NCBI GenBank assembly: GCA_965644315.1 | Contig: CBFFRQ010000163.1 | Location: 1-35,793 of the forward strand | DNA: 35,793 nt | Source: Caecitellus pseudoparvulus | Taxonomy: Eukaryota > Protista > Bigyra: Bicosoecida | Reading direction: 5' to 3' | Part shown: positions 21,993 through 33,540 of the stretch, piece by piece | Position numbering within the stretch: the stretch's first letter is position 1 | How the letters are laid out: each line of letters begins with the position of its first letter | Program-made: the position numbers and the translations under genes | Notes under the pieces: generated by a model | The model's database searches: none | What the model was told of the DNA's origin: nothing | What the model saw: only the letters and a program-made list of their open reading frames with translations

Positions 21993-24900
21993 TTACTTCT
22001 TTTCTTGGGCTGGCACGGGGACTTCCAGGGACTTCATTTCTGGAGGAAGGAACCCTAGCTCAAACACTCCGTAGAAGCCTGGGATTGTCGCCACCTCAGG
22101 TGAGTGACTGCCCTCGTCTATTGGCTGTGGTGTGCAGTAGATGAAGAAGAACTCAACATCACTGCTTTCCTGGATGGCTGCCGCAAGCGGAAGGTTCTCA
22201 AACTCCTCCTTCGCTTCGGCTGCCCCTGCTCCGCTCTCACTGACCTCGACAGCAACTGCCCTCTCGTCTGCATGTTCACCTTCTAGGCTTTCACTGGTTG
22301 CCACTTCAAGAGTTCCAATATCATCATCCTCTTCATCAGCATCTATCTGTGTTTGCAGCAACCGAGCAGCATTGGCAAGAGCGTTGCTTCGCGATGTGCC
22401 GGACAACACTTGTGGCTCCATGATAAGCTCCTCGAACTTCTTCTTCGAATTGCACTGAACTGTGCAGTTGAGATCGATGGGCACGCCAAACGTCCACAGG
22501 ATGGCGTTCGCCATTGTGGTTATCTTCCGACCCCCAAGATTCGACTTCCTAAACTTCATCTGTGACCCTTCGACTTCCGTGAAGTATTTGACGTTGCAAG
22601 CGAGGTTCGCGATGTCTCTGAGGGATTTTGGCAGTACAACCTCGCCCGTCGAAAGCGAATCATTGAAAGAAACAGCAAGATTCTTCAATATACGGCTCTG
22701 CCCATGAGTTTCCAGGGAAGACACGGTGGTTTCAATGAAAGCCACCTGCAGCTTTGCTCGATTGTGTTCCGCCCCTGGAGTTGGCAAAGATGGGCGTCGG
22801 AAAACAACAAAGTCGACAGCCGGAAAGCTGTGGGGTGTGCGTACCACATGTACACTCTCAGGCTTCATGGTCTGCACGGCATACACATCAGCGGCTGAAA
22901 ACCCGGCGCCCTCAGCTGTTTCCGTCGTTTGGGCTTTGGAAAATTCGTTGGTACCCTTGGTGTAGAAGTAGCTTCGAAGCATTTCAACAGGCTCTCTGTC
23001 TGCTGACTTTGACAGCGATGTGTAGTCGGAGCCAAACATGCCCATCTCCAGCAGACTTGCCACAGTGTGTTCAAAGTGCGTGCCACCACCAAGGTGGGCC
23101 ACCCCGTTCAGCAGTCTGTCCCAAGCATCCTTTGTTGCCTGGTCAGTGGTTGGCCCGGCAATTTCTCGGTGGCGCCTCAGCAGCGCCCTTATGAAAGCAT
23201 GCCTTGCTATGTGAGATGCGAAGTCCACGTTCCCGTGCAACTTGAAGATGTTCGGGTTGACCCTGGAGAGGATCGACGCCGCAGCCATGGAGTGATCCAG
23301 GAACATGGCCACGCCTGGCTTATTGTCCAGCAGATCTTCCGCTGTCAAACTTTGGAATTTTTCTAGACACCGCCCTTCCATCCCACCCCTTGCCTCTATC
23401 CACGCTTCCCACACAGCCAAGGAGAACGAGTTGGGACCAACAACCGTGCTTGACTTCACGAATTCCGCAGCATGGCTCAGCGGACGAGCGACGCCATCAA
23501 CAGACTCAATGAAGTCCTTCAGCAGCTTCAAATTGCTCTTCGTGCGCAGGTCTTCCATTGCCTGTGGGGGCAGCTGAAGGGAGCAATCGTGGCCTGCTGG
23601 CATGTCTGCAACAACGTCCACCTCCTTGGTCCACCCGAGAGAGTTCTTGCCATCCTTTGGCCCCAACATGAGCCGGAGCGCAAGCTCGGGCCTCATGCGT
23701 TCCATCTCAAAGAAGGGATGAAACATGTCGTTGGAAGTCTTGATTTCAAACAGCTTTTCCACGGGCTCGTAGACCTTCTTCTGAAAGAGGCTTGCGTGAA
23801 AATCGGGCGAGAATGCGAAGACTTTACTCGAGCCCTCTGTCCACTTGAACAACTCCTTCAGTTGGTACCACCACTGGGCATGCAGACTGTCCTCCTCAGC
23901 AGGCTGGCCTTCACTTCCGGACAATGCTTCGCGACGGAGCAGCTCGCCTTGCACACTGTTGGCTTCGTCAATGATGAGCAAGCTAGGGGTGGGAAAGTCC
24001 CCCTCTTGTTTGCCGTTGTGATGGAACACTGAGCCACCACGAACCATCGTGCGTTCCAGGGCTTCGTGTGCGTCAGCACCATAAATGCCAATCGACGCCA
24101 TGTCTTGGCACAACTCAGGCTTCTTGAGACTTTTGGCGCAGGACAGCGCAAGCCCGCCTTCCATCAGACTGCGCGCTCGCTTTTTGAACGTTTCTGTGCC
24201 TGGCACCAACACTTCTGACTTGGGCAAGTACATCACATCGCCGCCTGCGCCAAGGCCCAACATTAACGCCAACGCTCGCATTGACGCAGATTTGCCAGTT
24301 CCGTGAGAGGCTGTTGTCATGACCCCAAGTTGAGTTCCAAAGCAAGTTTTGGTGGCCTTCTCAAACAGCTTCACTCGCCCACGAGTCAGGACATACGTCG
24401 TCACGGATAGGTCCTTACGCAGCATAGTCGAAGGTGATTCAGGGCGGATGCCGTACGTTGTTGGTCGCAAGCCTTGCAGAGACAAGTCTCCAAAGGGAAC
24501 CTCTGTCAAGCCTGTCTTGTCGTGCCCAAACAGAAACGGCTGACCGTTCCAGATAGGCAAGCGGAGAACCACAGCCTCCAAAATGCCGTCCATGAAGATG
24601 GGAGAGCACCCTGTCGTCCACTCGATGCCCTTTTCGCCTTCTTCGGCATTCGGAAGGCACTTCTCCTCGGCGAGCCCTGTCATCAGCGCTTTGAAAACGT
24701 CCCACACTGTCGCCTTTTTTCGTCGGAAGGCATCCCCGGCCTCGAGCATCCAGCCGAAGTTGTCCACCAAGACATCCAAAGTTGCTTCGTCTGTGTTAAG
24801 GAGTCTCTGGATGAACTGCTTATCCACAACACCCGCATCTTCGAGCTGCTTCTTGGCCGCGTCTTCGCCTCGCTTCTTCAACAGCAGCAATGCACGGAGT

Positions 24901-26080
24901 GGCACGGCCAAGTTCACAACTCCCAGCGCCCGAGCTTGACTGTTGAACCACGCAGTGTGAAGTGCCAGTCGAAGTGCTGCCTTGAAGTCGGCCACCATGC
25001 TTGCGGAGACATGCTCCGGCAGCTCCTTGTCACAATATTTGTCAATGTCACACTTGGCCAGTGAGTCCACAGAGTGTGAGCAGACACTCTTAAGAACCTT
25101 GACTCTATCCTCCGCCTTCGTAGTACCCTGCATCATCTTCATGGAGACCCTCACGACTCCACAACGCTTGAGGATTTCCCACAGCTCGTCTCCAGCACTT
25201 TTCTGAATAATCAAAAGCCAGAAGCCACTCTAATGCGCAAGGAAGGTGAACACAAAGCGGGAAGTGTTCGACTCACTTTGCATGTCAACACTTCACTCTT
25301 GATGGCTTCCTGTGCTTCCATCTTCGCCAGCTTGGTTTCGATATCCAACAGTTTGGCCTTCGCTTTGGCCAAATACGTTGGCAAATCTTCTGCCCACGCC
25401 TTTGAGAAAGGGTTGCGTAGTGAAACACTTGCAGCTTTGAGAAACTTCTCACGAGTAGCAACCTTCAGGGACGATTCGATTGTCGATGACATCACAGCAG
25501 CCAGCAGCTGCGTCTGCTTTTTCATGGCCTCCTTCTCCTGCTGAAGGCCACGCTGAACTTGAGCTACGAAGCCGCTGGAGACGAGGGCTTGCACCACGTT
25601 GACTTCGGGAGGTGCCTGCGAGTAAGGCCAGACAAAGTGCAGGACACGATGCCTCGCGCAGGCGCACCTCAAGGGAAAGCTACGTACCTCCAGCTTCTTG
25701 AGAGCAGAAAGGGCTAATTCCAGTGGAACCTCTCCTTCTGCTTGCTCAAGCTCAGCCAAAGCCACAAGCAACTTCTCCCTCTTCTTCTGCGGAAACTTTC
25801 CCCACCATTTCGTGCTCCGAAACTCTTCGCTGGCCTCCCGAGGCTCCACCGCCGCAGCACCAGGCTCAGCCGCAGCAGCACCAGGCTCCGCCGCCGCAGC
25901 ACCAGCTACAGACGAAGTATGGCGCAGCAGGCTGGGTGCCTGGGGCGGCTTGGGTGCGTGCGGTGGAGGCCAGAGGACTGAAGCAGCAGCAAATTCCGCC
26001 CCAACACTGCGCAACGCCAACACAGGCCGCAGTGGCACCCCCAGGAAACGAGACAGGGTCGACGCAGCCTTTAAGCTCAT
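21993..26080 (-). CDS. Crinkler/RHS-like P-loop NTPase + PD-(D/E)xK REase-fold protein; two GT-AG introns (25616-25687, 25203-25276)
   Basis: Walker A SHGTGKS (~24290-24310), Walker B LLIIDEAN (~23960-23982), C-terminal FPAVDFV...FIETTVS...H. Intron 2 (GTGAGT...TTCAG, 74 nt) joins the two ORFs in frame (LTCK/KSAGDE). Intron 1 (GTACGT...CGCAG) is 72 nt and in frame. Confidence 0.7.
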
Positions 26081-26763
26081 GGTACCGTGCCTAGATGTTC
26101 AGGCGCTGCAGATGCCGACAATGCATGCTCACTACTCAAAGCTGCGCTGGTGCGGAAGTGTGCGAAAGTCTGCACAACGCAGAGCTGCACGAAGCTCTGA
26201 GGTGAGGCAAGCTTGAGCACGATGTGCCGGATGAACAGCACACGCTCTGCATTGTTTCGTGTTCATGGACCAGTCTTAATTTTGTCTTCTGCGTACCGTC
26301 GGGCAGCTTCGGCGAACTGCACGAAATGCCGCTTTTAGAGGTACGCGAATGATGCAAAAACGTGTCTCAAGCAGCTGAAACCGGAGAACCAACGACAGAA
26401 CAATGAAGAACCAGCGGCAGCTGCACTAGCAGACAAGCCTGCCAATACGCTCCATGACATTCCATGAACTACTTATTGGTTGCCCGCTCCTCCCACCTCC
26501 CGTACAGAGCCAAAGTAGGATCGCACCTCACCCTGCAAGCGACCCAGTGGCAAACAACACTGAGGCCATCCACGAATCCATCAATATGATGTGCAAAGTC
26601 TTTCAAGTGTGACCTTCAACAGCCACTACACTGTGCAGCTGGCCTTCATGCCACGCGCTGTGGGCTTCCCGCGAGCAAGGTGTACCTCGCCGTGCCCAGA
26701 TTCCAAGGCAAGCTGCGAATTCAGCACGATCACCAGACCACAGCTCAACAGAGTCTGCCCCCT

Positions 26764-29700
26764 TCACAATACACGTGCGGTAGGTATCCCAGTGTACTGT
26801 GCCCAGGCGGCGCCTGCGATGCCTGACTGGGCGTCCCACGGCGCGTCAGCTGTGAAGGTGGGGCCTGTGGCCTGCGTGAACGCCGCAGCGGCCAGGGACC
26901 ACTCGCTGAGCAGGGTACCTTGGGCTGGCACGAATGCCAGCTGCCCTTCCACGGCAGAAGGCGCTTCCCCCAGGACAGATGCGGCAAGAGAGTGCAGCGC
27001 ACGGGCCAGAGCCCGCTGGTTGTGTACTGTGCCCTGCCACACGCCATCCGCATCCAGGGTGCTGCTCGCCGCCAGCGCCATGGACGGCGGCTGCTGCACT
27101 GGCGCACTCCAAACTGCATCCACGGTCACACCCACGCTGATAGCGACACTCGTCCAGCCGTCACTGGACTGCACGTGGAGGTTGGGGAACACCTGTGAGC
27201 CACTGGCGAGGTTCAGGCCAGACTCCAGCAGCTCGCCTTGCAGAGCCTGCAGCTGGTCCAGTGGCACTGGCTGTGCGCCTCGCAAGTCTCGCAAACCTGG
27301 CTGGGAGCCGAAAGAGATCTGCAAAGAGTGTACAGGAGCCTGGGAAGCCACAGACCACTGCACAGCCACGGCAGTTGTGTTCTGCTGGAAGCAACACAGC
27401 TCGCCTGCACTGCCGCTGGAAATCAGTGGCACAGCTGCAATGGAGCCTGAGAAGGCTGCCTCTTGCCCGATGAAGATGCTTCCACTGCTCGTGTTGGCAT
27501 CGTTCCCAGCGCTGTCCGTCGCCCTCACCGACAGCGTCAGCGTTTCCTGCCCACTGCCCGGGGGCAAGAACAGAGTTGTCGCGGACAGGGTGGCGTTCGT
27601 GTCCAGACCAGCTGCAGGCGGAAGCAGCGACATCTCTTGGGCCGTGCCCAGGGCAGTCCACGGCAGCACTGCAGCTCCAGACGAAGCATTCACAACAGAC
27701 ACCTCGTACGTCAGGGAGCCTGCAGTCGCCACAGAGTCGTGCCACCGCCAACAGGCGTGCACTGGTGTTCCGACTGGCAGGAATATGTTCTCAGCAGGCG
27801 GAGTGGACCCTACATGCCCCCTGCAGGCAGCAGACCCTGACAGCCAAGTGGGCACAGGTGCTGCCGTGTCCACCACGATGCCGTCTGTGAAGGCGTATGT
27901 CTGCAGGCCAGCGGCGCTGGTCAACACGACCGTTCCGTACAGCACGTCGCCCTGGCTCGGAGCAGAGCCGGGCACAGCAGAACACGTGCCTGAGGCCAAG
28001 CCAGGCAGCGCATGCACGACTGCCTGGGACGCTGGCACGACGTCCTCTGCACCGGGGCTGGTGCCCCACATGCACTGCACGTGTTCCAGGCCAGATTCGG
28101 CATCCGCTGCGCCCTCCCATGCCAGCGCTATGAAATCAGCAGACGCCGTGGCTGCCGCATCGAAGGATGCAGCCAGCTCGTCGCCATCCAGGGGTGCCCG
28201 CAGCGAATCCCACACCCGCAGCAGTGTGGGGCCAGTGGCGTCCACTGCACCCGTGCGAGCGGTGCTGCTGGTGTACTCGCCAGCGCCATTTGCGACAATA
28301 AGGGAGAAGTAGGCCCACTGTCCGTGCACAATGTTGGAGGCCAGGAATGTGTTCAGGGAGTCCAGAGGCACAGCGGCACGGGGTGCGAGCTGTGTGCCGC
28401 CTTGGGAAGTGCCAGCTGACACGACCACCACAGCCAGGCCGCTCTCGGCATCTGCAGCGGCATCAAACGTCAGTGCAAAGGCGCCTGCTGCTCCAGACAT
28501 GGAGGGTGCGCAAGGAGTGCAGTCAGTGATGGAGACGCCGTGGGTGGCCTTGTACGTGCCAAGGGGGGGCACAGGCGCCACTGGCCGCCTCTCGGTAGGT
28601 TCCTGGGGCACATTGCAGGGTTGGGGCATCTGAAGACATTGGCGGGCTGGGGGCAGCAATCCCAGTGGCACCCGAGTTGCAGGCGTCACAGAGGGCGGGG
28701 TCGTTGCCAAGCACTTGCTTGCAGGCGGGCACGGCGCAGGGTTGGCAAGACTTGCTCGTCGCGTTCAACACGAAGCCCGGCCCACACTGGCACACGCCGC
28801 CGCCGTGCGTGAAGTCTGGCACAAAGGCAGCATTGGGGTCGGCACAAGCACACGTGCTGCGCCCCGCAGGATCCCCTATCCCGAACGCCGTCAGCAGCAG
28901 GGCCTGTGCACTCGCGCCAGCCAGGGAAGGCAGCGTCTCATCACAGGCGAAGCCGTCCGAAGCGACGACACTGGCGTGCCCCGCCATGTTCATGGCGCGC
29001 ACGCTGGTGTACACGGTGCTCCCAGGCGTCAGATCGAGGCCTGTCGCGGCCCATGCCGTGCGTTGTGCCACGACTGTCCAGGGCATGACGTCATCCAGTC
29101 CTGCACCGCTGTCCAGCGCAACCTCGTACGTTGCAATGCCGGAGGGGTCCACGAAGGAGTCCCAGTTCGCAGCCGCCTGACTGCAGTCGGCAGAGAAGTC
29201 CACGTCACCGCCCAGTCGAGCGCCATCGCGCACGACGCCGGCAGTGGGCCCACTTGTGACCAAGGGTACAGGCCGCCCCACTGCTCGGCGTGCCGGGGCT
29301 GCAGCGTTGGTCGCCTTGACGTTGCAAGCCAAGAAGCGACCTTCAGGGAGGGGGTCCGGCACTCCATCGCTCCCGGGGGTGAAGGTGGCTTGGGCCTCAC
29401 CTGGTCCTAGGGGCAGCACATTGGACAGCGGCACGACGGACCCAGTCCCGCCCGCCGTCACCTCCACAAGCTCCACTTCAATGCCCACCACTGGTGCCTG
29501 GGCATCCTACACGCCTTCCCACCCACACGTGACCTGTGCCGCATCGCTCAGCAGGGACATCTTCCTGCCAGTGGCGCCCAGGAAGTGTACGCTGCCGATG
29601 TCTGGCGGGGTGATGTCCACGACAACGGGCTTGGAGAACACCGTGCGCAGGCCAGCTTCGTTGGTGCCAATCACGGACATGTAGTACTTGGTGCCAATGA

Positions 29701-30115
29701 CCAGATGCAGGCCACTCCAGGTGGCAGCTGGGCTGGTGAGAGGTGAGGAATACCCCTCCACCTGCTCCCCGTAAGGCGATGTGCCCAGGGCGGCCGAGTA
29801 GGCAACATCGTCCTCTGCGTCCAGGAACGGCGCCCAGGACAGGGCTACGGCGCTGGTGGAGGGCGCAAAGCACATGCCATCTACCAGCTGCCCATCTGTC
29901 AATGCCGCTGTACCGTCAAATGTCGCCGCTGTCTCGTCTGAGGTGAAGGAGGTGTGTTCCGCGCCCAGCAGCGCTCCGTCCTCGTCGTACGCGACGACTG
30001 TCCCGTTGTATTCCGTCCCAGTCAGCAGATCAAGGCCACTGGTGCTGGTCAGTGAGGCAGAGATCAGAAACGTAAGCGGGAGCGCGGCAGCTCCTAAAGT
30101 GCAGGTCCTCGAGAA
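26764..30115 (-). pseudogene. Internal fragment of a large FN3-like repeat surface protein
   Basis: Recurrent W..F.D.ESG...Y.V..GT..G..DV..W modules plus a Cys-rich linker. In-frame TAG at 29507-29509 and frameshifts near 28520-28710. No start, signal peptide or proper C-terminus visible. Confidence 0.65.
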
Positions 30116-30526
30116 CCATGTTCGCGTGACACACTTCCAGCCCTCCTTGGAGATCTTGCCTCATGTCCACAGAATTTTGCCGATTTCGCGTGCTGGACAC
30201 AATCAAATAGAATACGTTCAATTCATCCTGCCAAATACATGCCTAGAGGCTGTGTTAATCCCGGCAGAGAGTGCTGCACAGTGCTGGTGTGGCGTTTCGG
30301 TTTGCTTCGCCACGACAATCCACGAGGCCTGAGGTATGTCAGCCGTTGGCTGCACCCCATCGGCTCTGAAAAGCTGAGAGGTTCACAAGATGCAGATGAT
30401 TGACTAAACTTTGAATTATTCTGCAAGTCTCTCAGACCACGCCTCTAGCCTCGTGGTCCTGGCTGGCCTGTGTGTCGATGAAACTCCCTTCATCCAGCCG
30501 GAGAGCCGGTGGCCCTGCTCCAGCCC

Positions 30527-33235
30527 TCAGCATCGCGCACGCTTGGCACTCGGTGGGCTGCGACCATGTTGCCTTGCTCGCTTCTCCCGCTGGGCAAACT
30601 GCTCTTCTTCTCGCTGCACCTTGCTGGCCACTCGCTCGACCTGGCCGACAGTGGCGTGAGCAGCGGAGGCGATGCGGGACGCTGCTGTGTTGGGGCTGTA
30701 CCTGGCAGTCTTGGCCTCTTGCGCCTCCCGCTCTTCCCTGAGCAGTCGGCGAATGTCTTCCTCAACCTCTGGCGTGACGGAGGAGGTGGCCTTGTGGTAC
30801 AGGGGCAGGCCAGAGGCCTTGGCTTCCTCGAACGTGGTCGGGGCAGGCGCATCCGGGCAGCTCTGCAAGGCTGCTGTCGGGGCACCTCGAGCAAAGCCAC
30901 CCGCTTCACCAGTCAGTCCAGATCAAAGCTCCAGTGTGGCCGCAATGTCTTGAGACTTGCTGTGTGTCCCTTCCTGGCGGCACTCACCGCTTGCATACGT
31001 GGACAGCAGCTTGGCAGCAGTGGCCTGGTTCTTCTCCAGCCAGGAAAGCGTGAGGTTCATCTGGGCAACATCCAAGCGAGTGGATGAGCCCCCCGACGCC
31101 GTGTGCCGCATGACTGAGTGCAGGCTCTCATTGCCCCCGGTGGTGGTGGCGCCGTGCACCGCGTCACGCCCATCCAGCAAGCCTTGAAGCCCCACATCAT
31201 ACTGCAATGACGCCTTGACCCGAGCACGAACGGCGGGAAAGGAGGACTTGGGATCCAGGATGCCGCGTGTGATGCGGCCTTGCACGGCAGTGCCTGCGCC
31301 ACCCCGCGATGGAGGCGCCCACACCTGGCGAAACAGGCTTGCAGTGCGTTCCAGTGCCGCTGAGGCCTGCTTGTGAGTGCAGGGTCCAATGTGGAGGGGG
31401 AGGATGGACACCTCGCTCGGGTGCAGCCCAGCCTGAGTTTGCGTGAAGTGCTCCCCTCGGTACCGACGGAGTAGCATGCCTGCGGCAGCGGCACAGGCAG
31501 TAGCAAGAGCGAGGGGGGGCATGCTTGCGAAGCCTTGCAGCAGCTCCAACTGCACGCCCCGGGCCGTACAGAGCCCACCCATAGGCTGTGAGGGATTCTT
31601 GGACTTGTGTCTTTTGGGAGTCTGACAGGGACTTGCGTTGCAAGATGCGGCGGGCGCAGGCGATGAAGGCCTGGATGTCGGCATGCTCAGCAGAGTTCAA
31701 GGCGGCACGTTGCCGAGCAATGGCTTCCTCTGACAGGAGCAGTTTGGGAGACACCACGCCCAGTGCAGGTGTTCGGATCCACTCCATTGTGTCGAACCAC
31801 AGCCTGATCATAAGTGGGCCATCCTGGTTCATGGTTTGCTTGGCAGTGGCCTTGGCCACGGCTGGCGAAGTGCCACGGGTCAACGGCGAACCGCACCACG
31901 CCTTTCGGCAGAAGTGGGAAGTGCACGTCGATAATTGCCTGCAGGGTGTGCTGGTGGGTTCTGAGGTTGTCCACTGTGATGACGCTGGGGTTGGGCGCTG
32001 CCGGGCCGCGCTCCCGCAGGTGTCCCTTCAGCTTGCGCAGCACTAAGTCCAGGCCCCGGGCCAGGTTCGCCCCGCTCTCGTAGACCGTGGACATAGGGGG
32101 CTGTATGATGAAGCCGTGCCGGCCCACCACTGTGACAACGCTGGGAACCACCCGCTACCGAGTCCTGCCTGTGGCCCGAATGGCACGGCCTCCGCTGCCC
32201 GCACAGGCTCCCTCCTCTGAACCTTCGTCGTTGTCGCTGTCTTCTTCTCCATCCGGCCAATCACCGGGCTCTTCCTCGCCCAGCTCGTGCTTCGCGCTCA
32301 CTGGCGCAGCTCTGGCCCTGCGCAGTGGCTGCGGGCCCGCGACGTGCACCCGGGCCGAAGATGCAAACGTCCAGTCCACGCCGATGGTGTCAGCGAAGCG
32401 TGCGAGGGCCTGCAGGTAGCTCTCCAAATGCGGTTTGACAGCGGCATGGAAGATGTGCAGGACGGCATCCCGCAGAGCCTTGACGCTTGTGCTGGATCGC
32501 ACGTTGCCCACAACATGCTTTCTGGCTCGGCGCACGGCTTGGGCCAGCGCATATTGCACCTCAGGGCATTCACCGAGAGAGGCGTGCTTCTTGAACAGCT
32601 CCTCTTTCCAGGAGTCGACCTTGTCCTCGAAGGGCCGCATGAGGTCTCGCCTGAAGGCTGCCTGCACATTGACCATGCCTTCGCGGTGGTGCATGACGTA
32701 GCTCTCCCACAGGCGAATGACGCACATGATGTGCACAGTGAGGAGTGTTAGAGGGCGAGGTTTCTGCAATCAAGGAAGTTGGGTGCAGGGTGCGTGTCGG
32801 AGACTGCGCTGACAAAGTCGACGCCATTCCGGGCTGAGTCATGGCTTGAACCTTCGCTGCGAGGCTGGTGGCAGCTTGATGGATGAAGAGTCATCCAACT
32901 ATGCTTTTGAGAGGAGTAAATCTTGCGCCATGGCAGGGAAATTCCCGGCACAGGTGTGGGGATGGGTATTTTGCTTGGCGCTCAAGTCCATGATAGTGGT
33001 TCTCCTCTCTGATAGAACGCTCCAACTCGCTGCCGGAGAACTGATCCACACTTGCCTGGGTCATAGGCACAGCCTGTCCATACGCGCTTCTGGCGTATCC
33101 CTTCCCTGCAAGTCTCCGTCGGCCTGGCCCTGCCACAGCTCCAGACACAAGGCCAAACTGGACACACTCTCCGCCTTGGCACAACTCAAACAATTCTTGC
33201 CAGGGGCGACGGAAATTCAGCCTGGAAACGATCAA
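30527..33235 (-). mobile_element. Degenerate DDE transposase of the DxxH-containing (MULE/ISL3-like) group
   Basis: Ordered motifs across broken frames: IGVDWTF (~32365-32385), ITVDN (~31966-31980), AVDPWHF (~31867-31887), TGGNESLHS (~31115-31141). Multiple frameshifts. No TIR or TSD identified. Confidence 0.55.
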
Positions 33236-33540
33236 ACAACGACATTCGCTCGCTACCGGTTTGAACCTGTCTATCCCTGCACTGTGTCAGGAGGTGCGTG
33301 CGGCGCTGGCGTGTCGCGAGTAGTTGCGATAAACAAGCAAGCACTTCTCACACAATCTGTGCATACACGCTGACACAGCGGCAGCAACTGCATGATCACA
33401 GACTTGGCATCATCTAGGTTTCAAAACTTCCCCTGCAGCATACCTGTTGCTCTTCTGCGAGCCATCACGGAGCTTTACTCGCACGAGCTTGCCTCAACTT
33501 GTAGCTCCAACTTCAGCGTCGGCCACTGGCGTCACTCACC

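Noticed and set aside
21597-22058. 153-aa + strand ORF
   Set aside because: No recognisable motif, and it overlaps the end of the opposite-strand gene. Cannot be supported.
19063-29509. Stop-codon reassignment suggested by in-frame TAG/TGA
   Set aside because: Only three cases of two different codons across many kb of coding sequence. Nonsense mutations or errors are more parsimonious.
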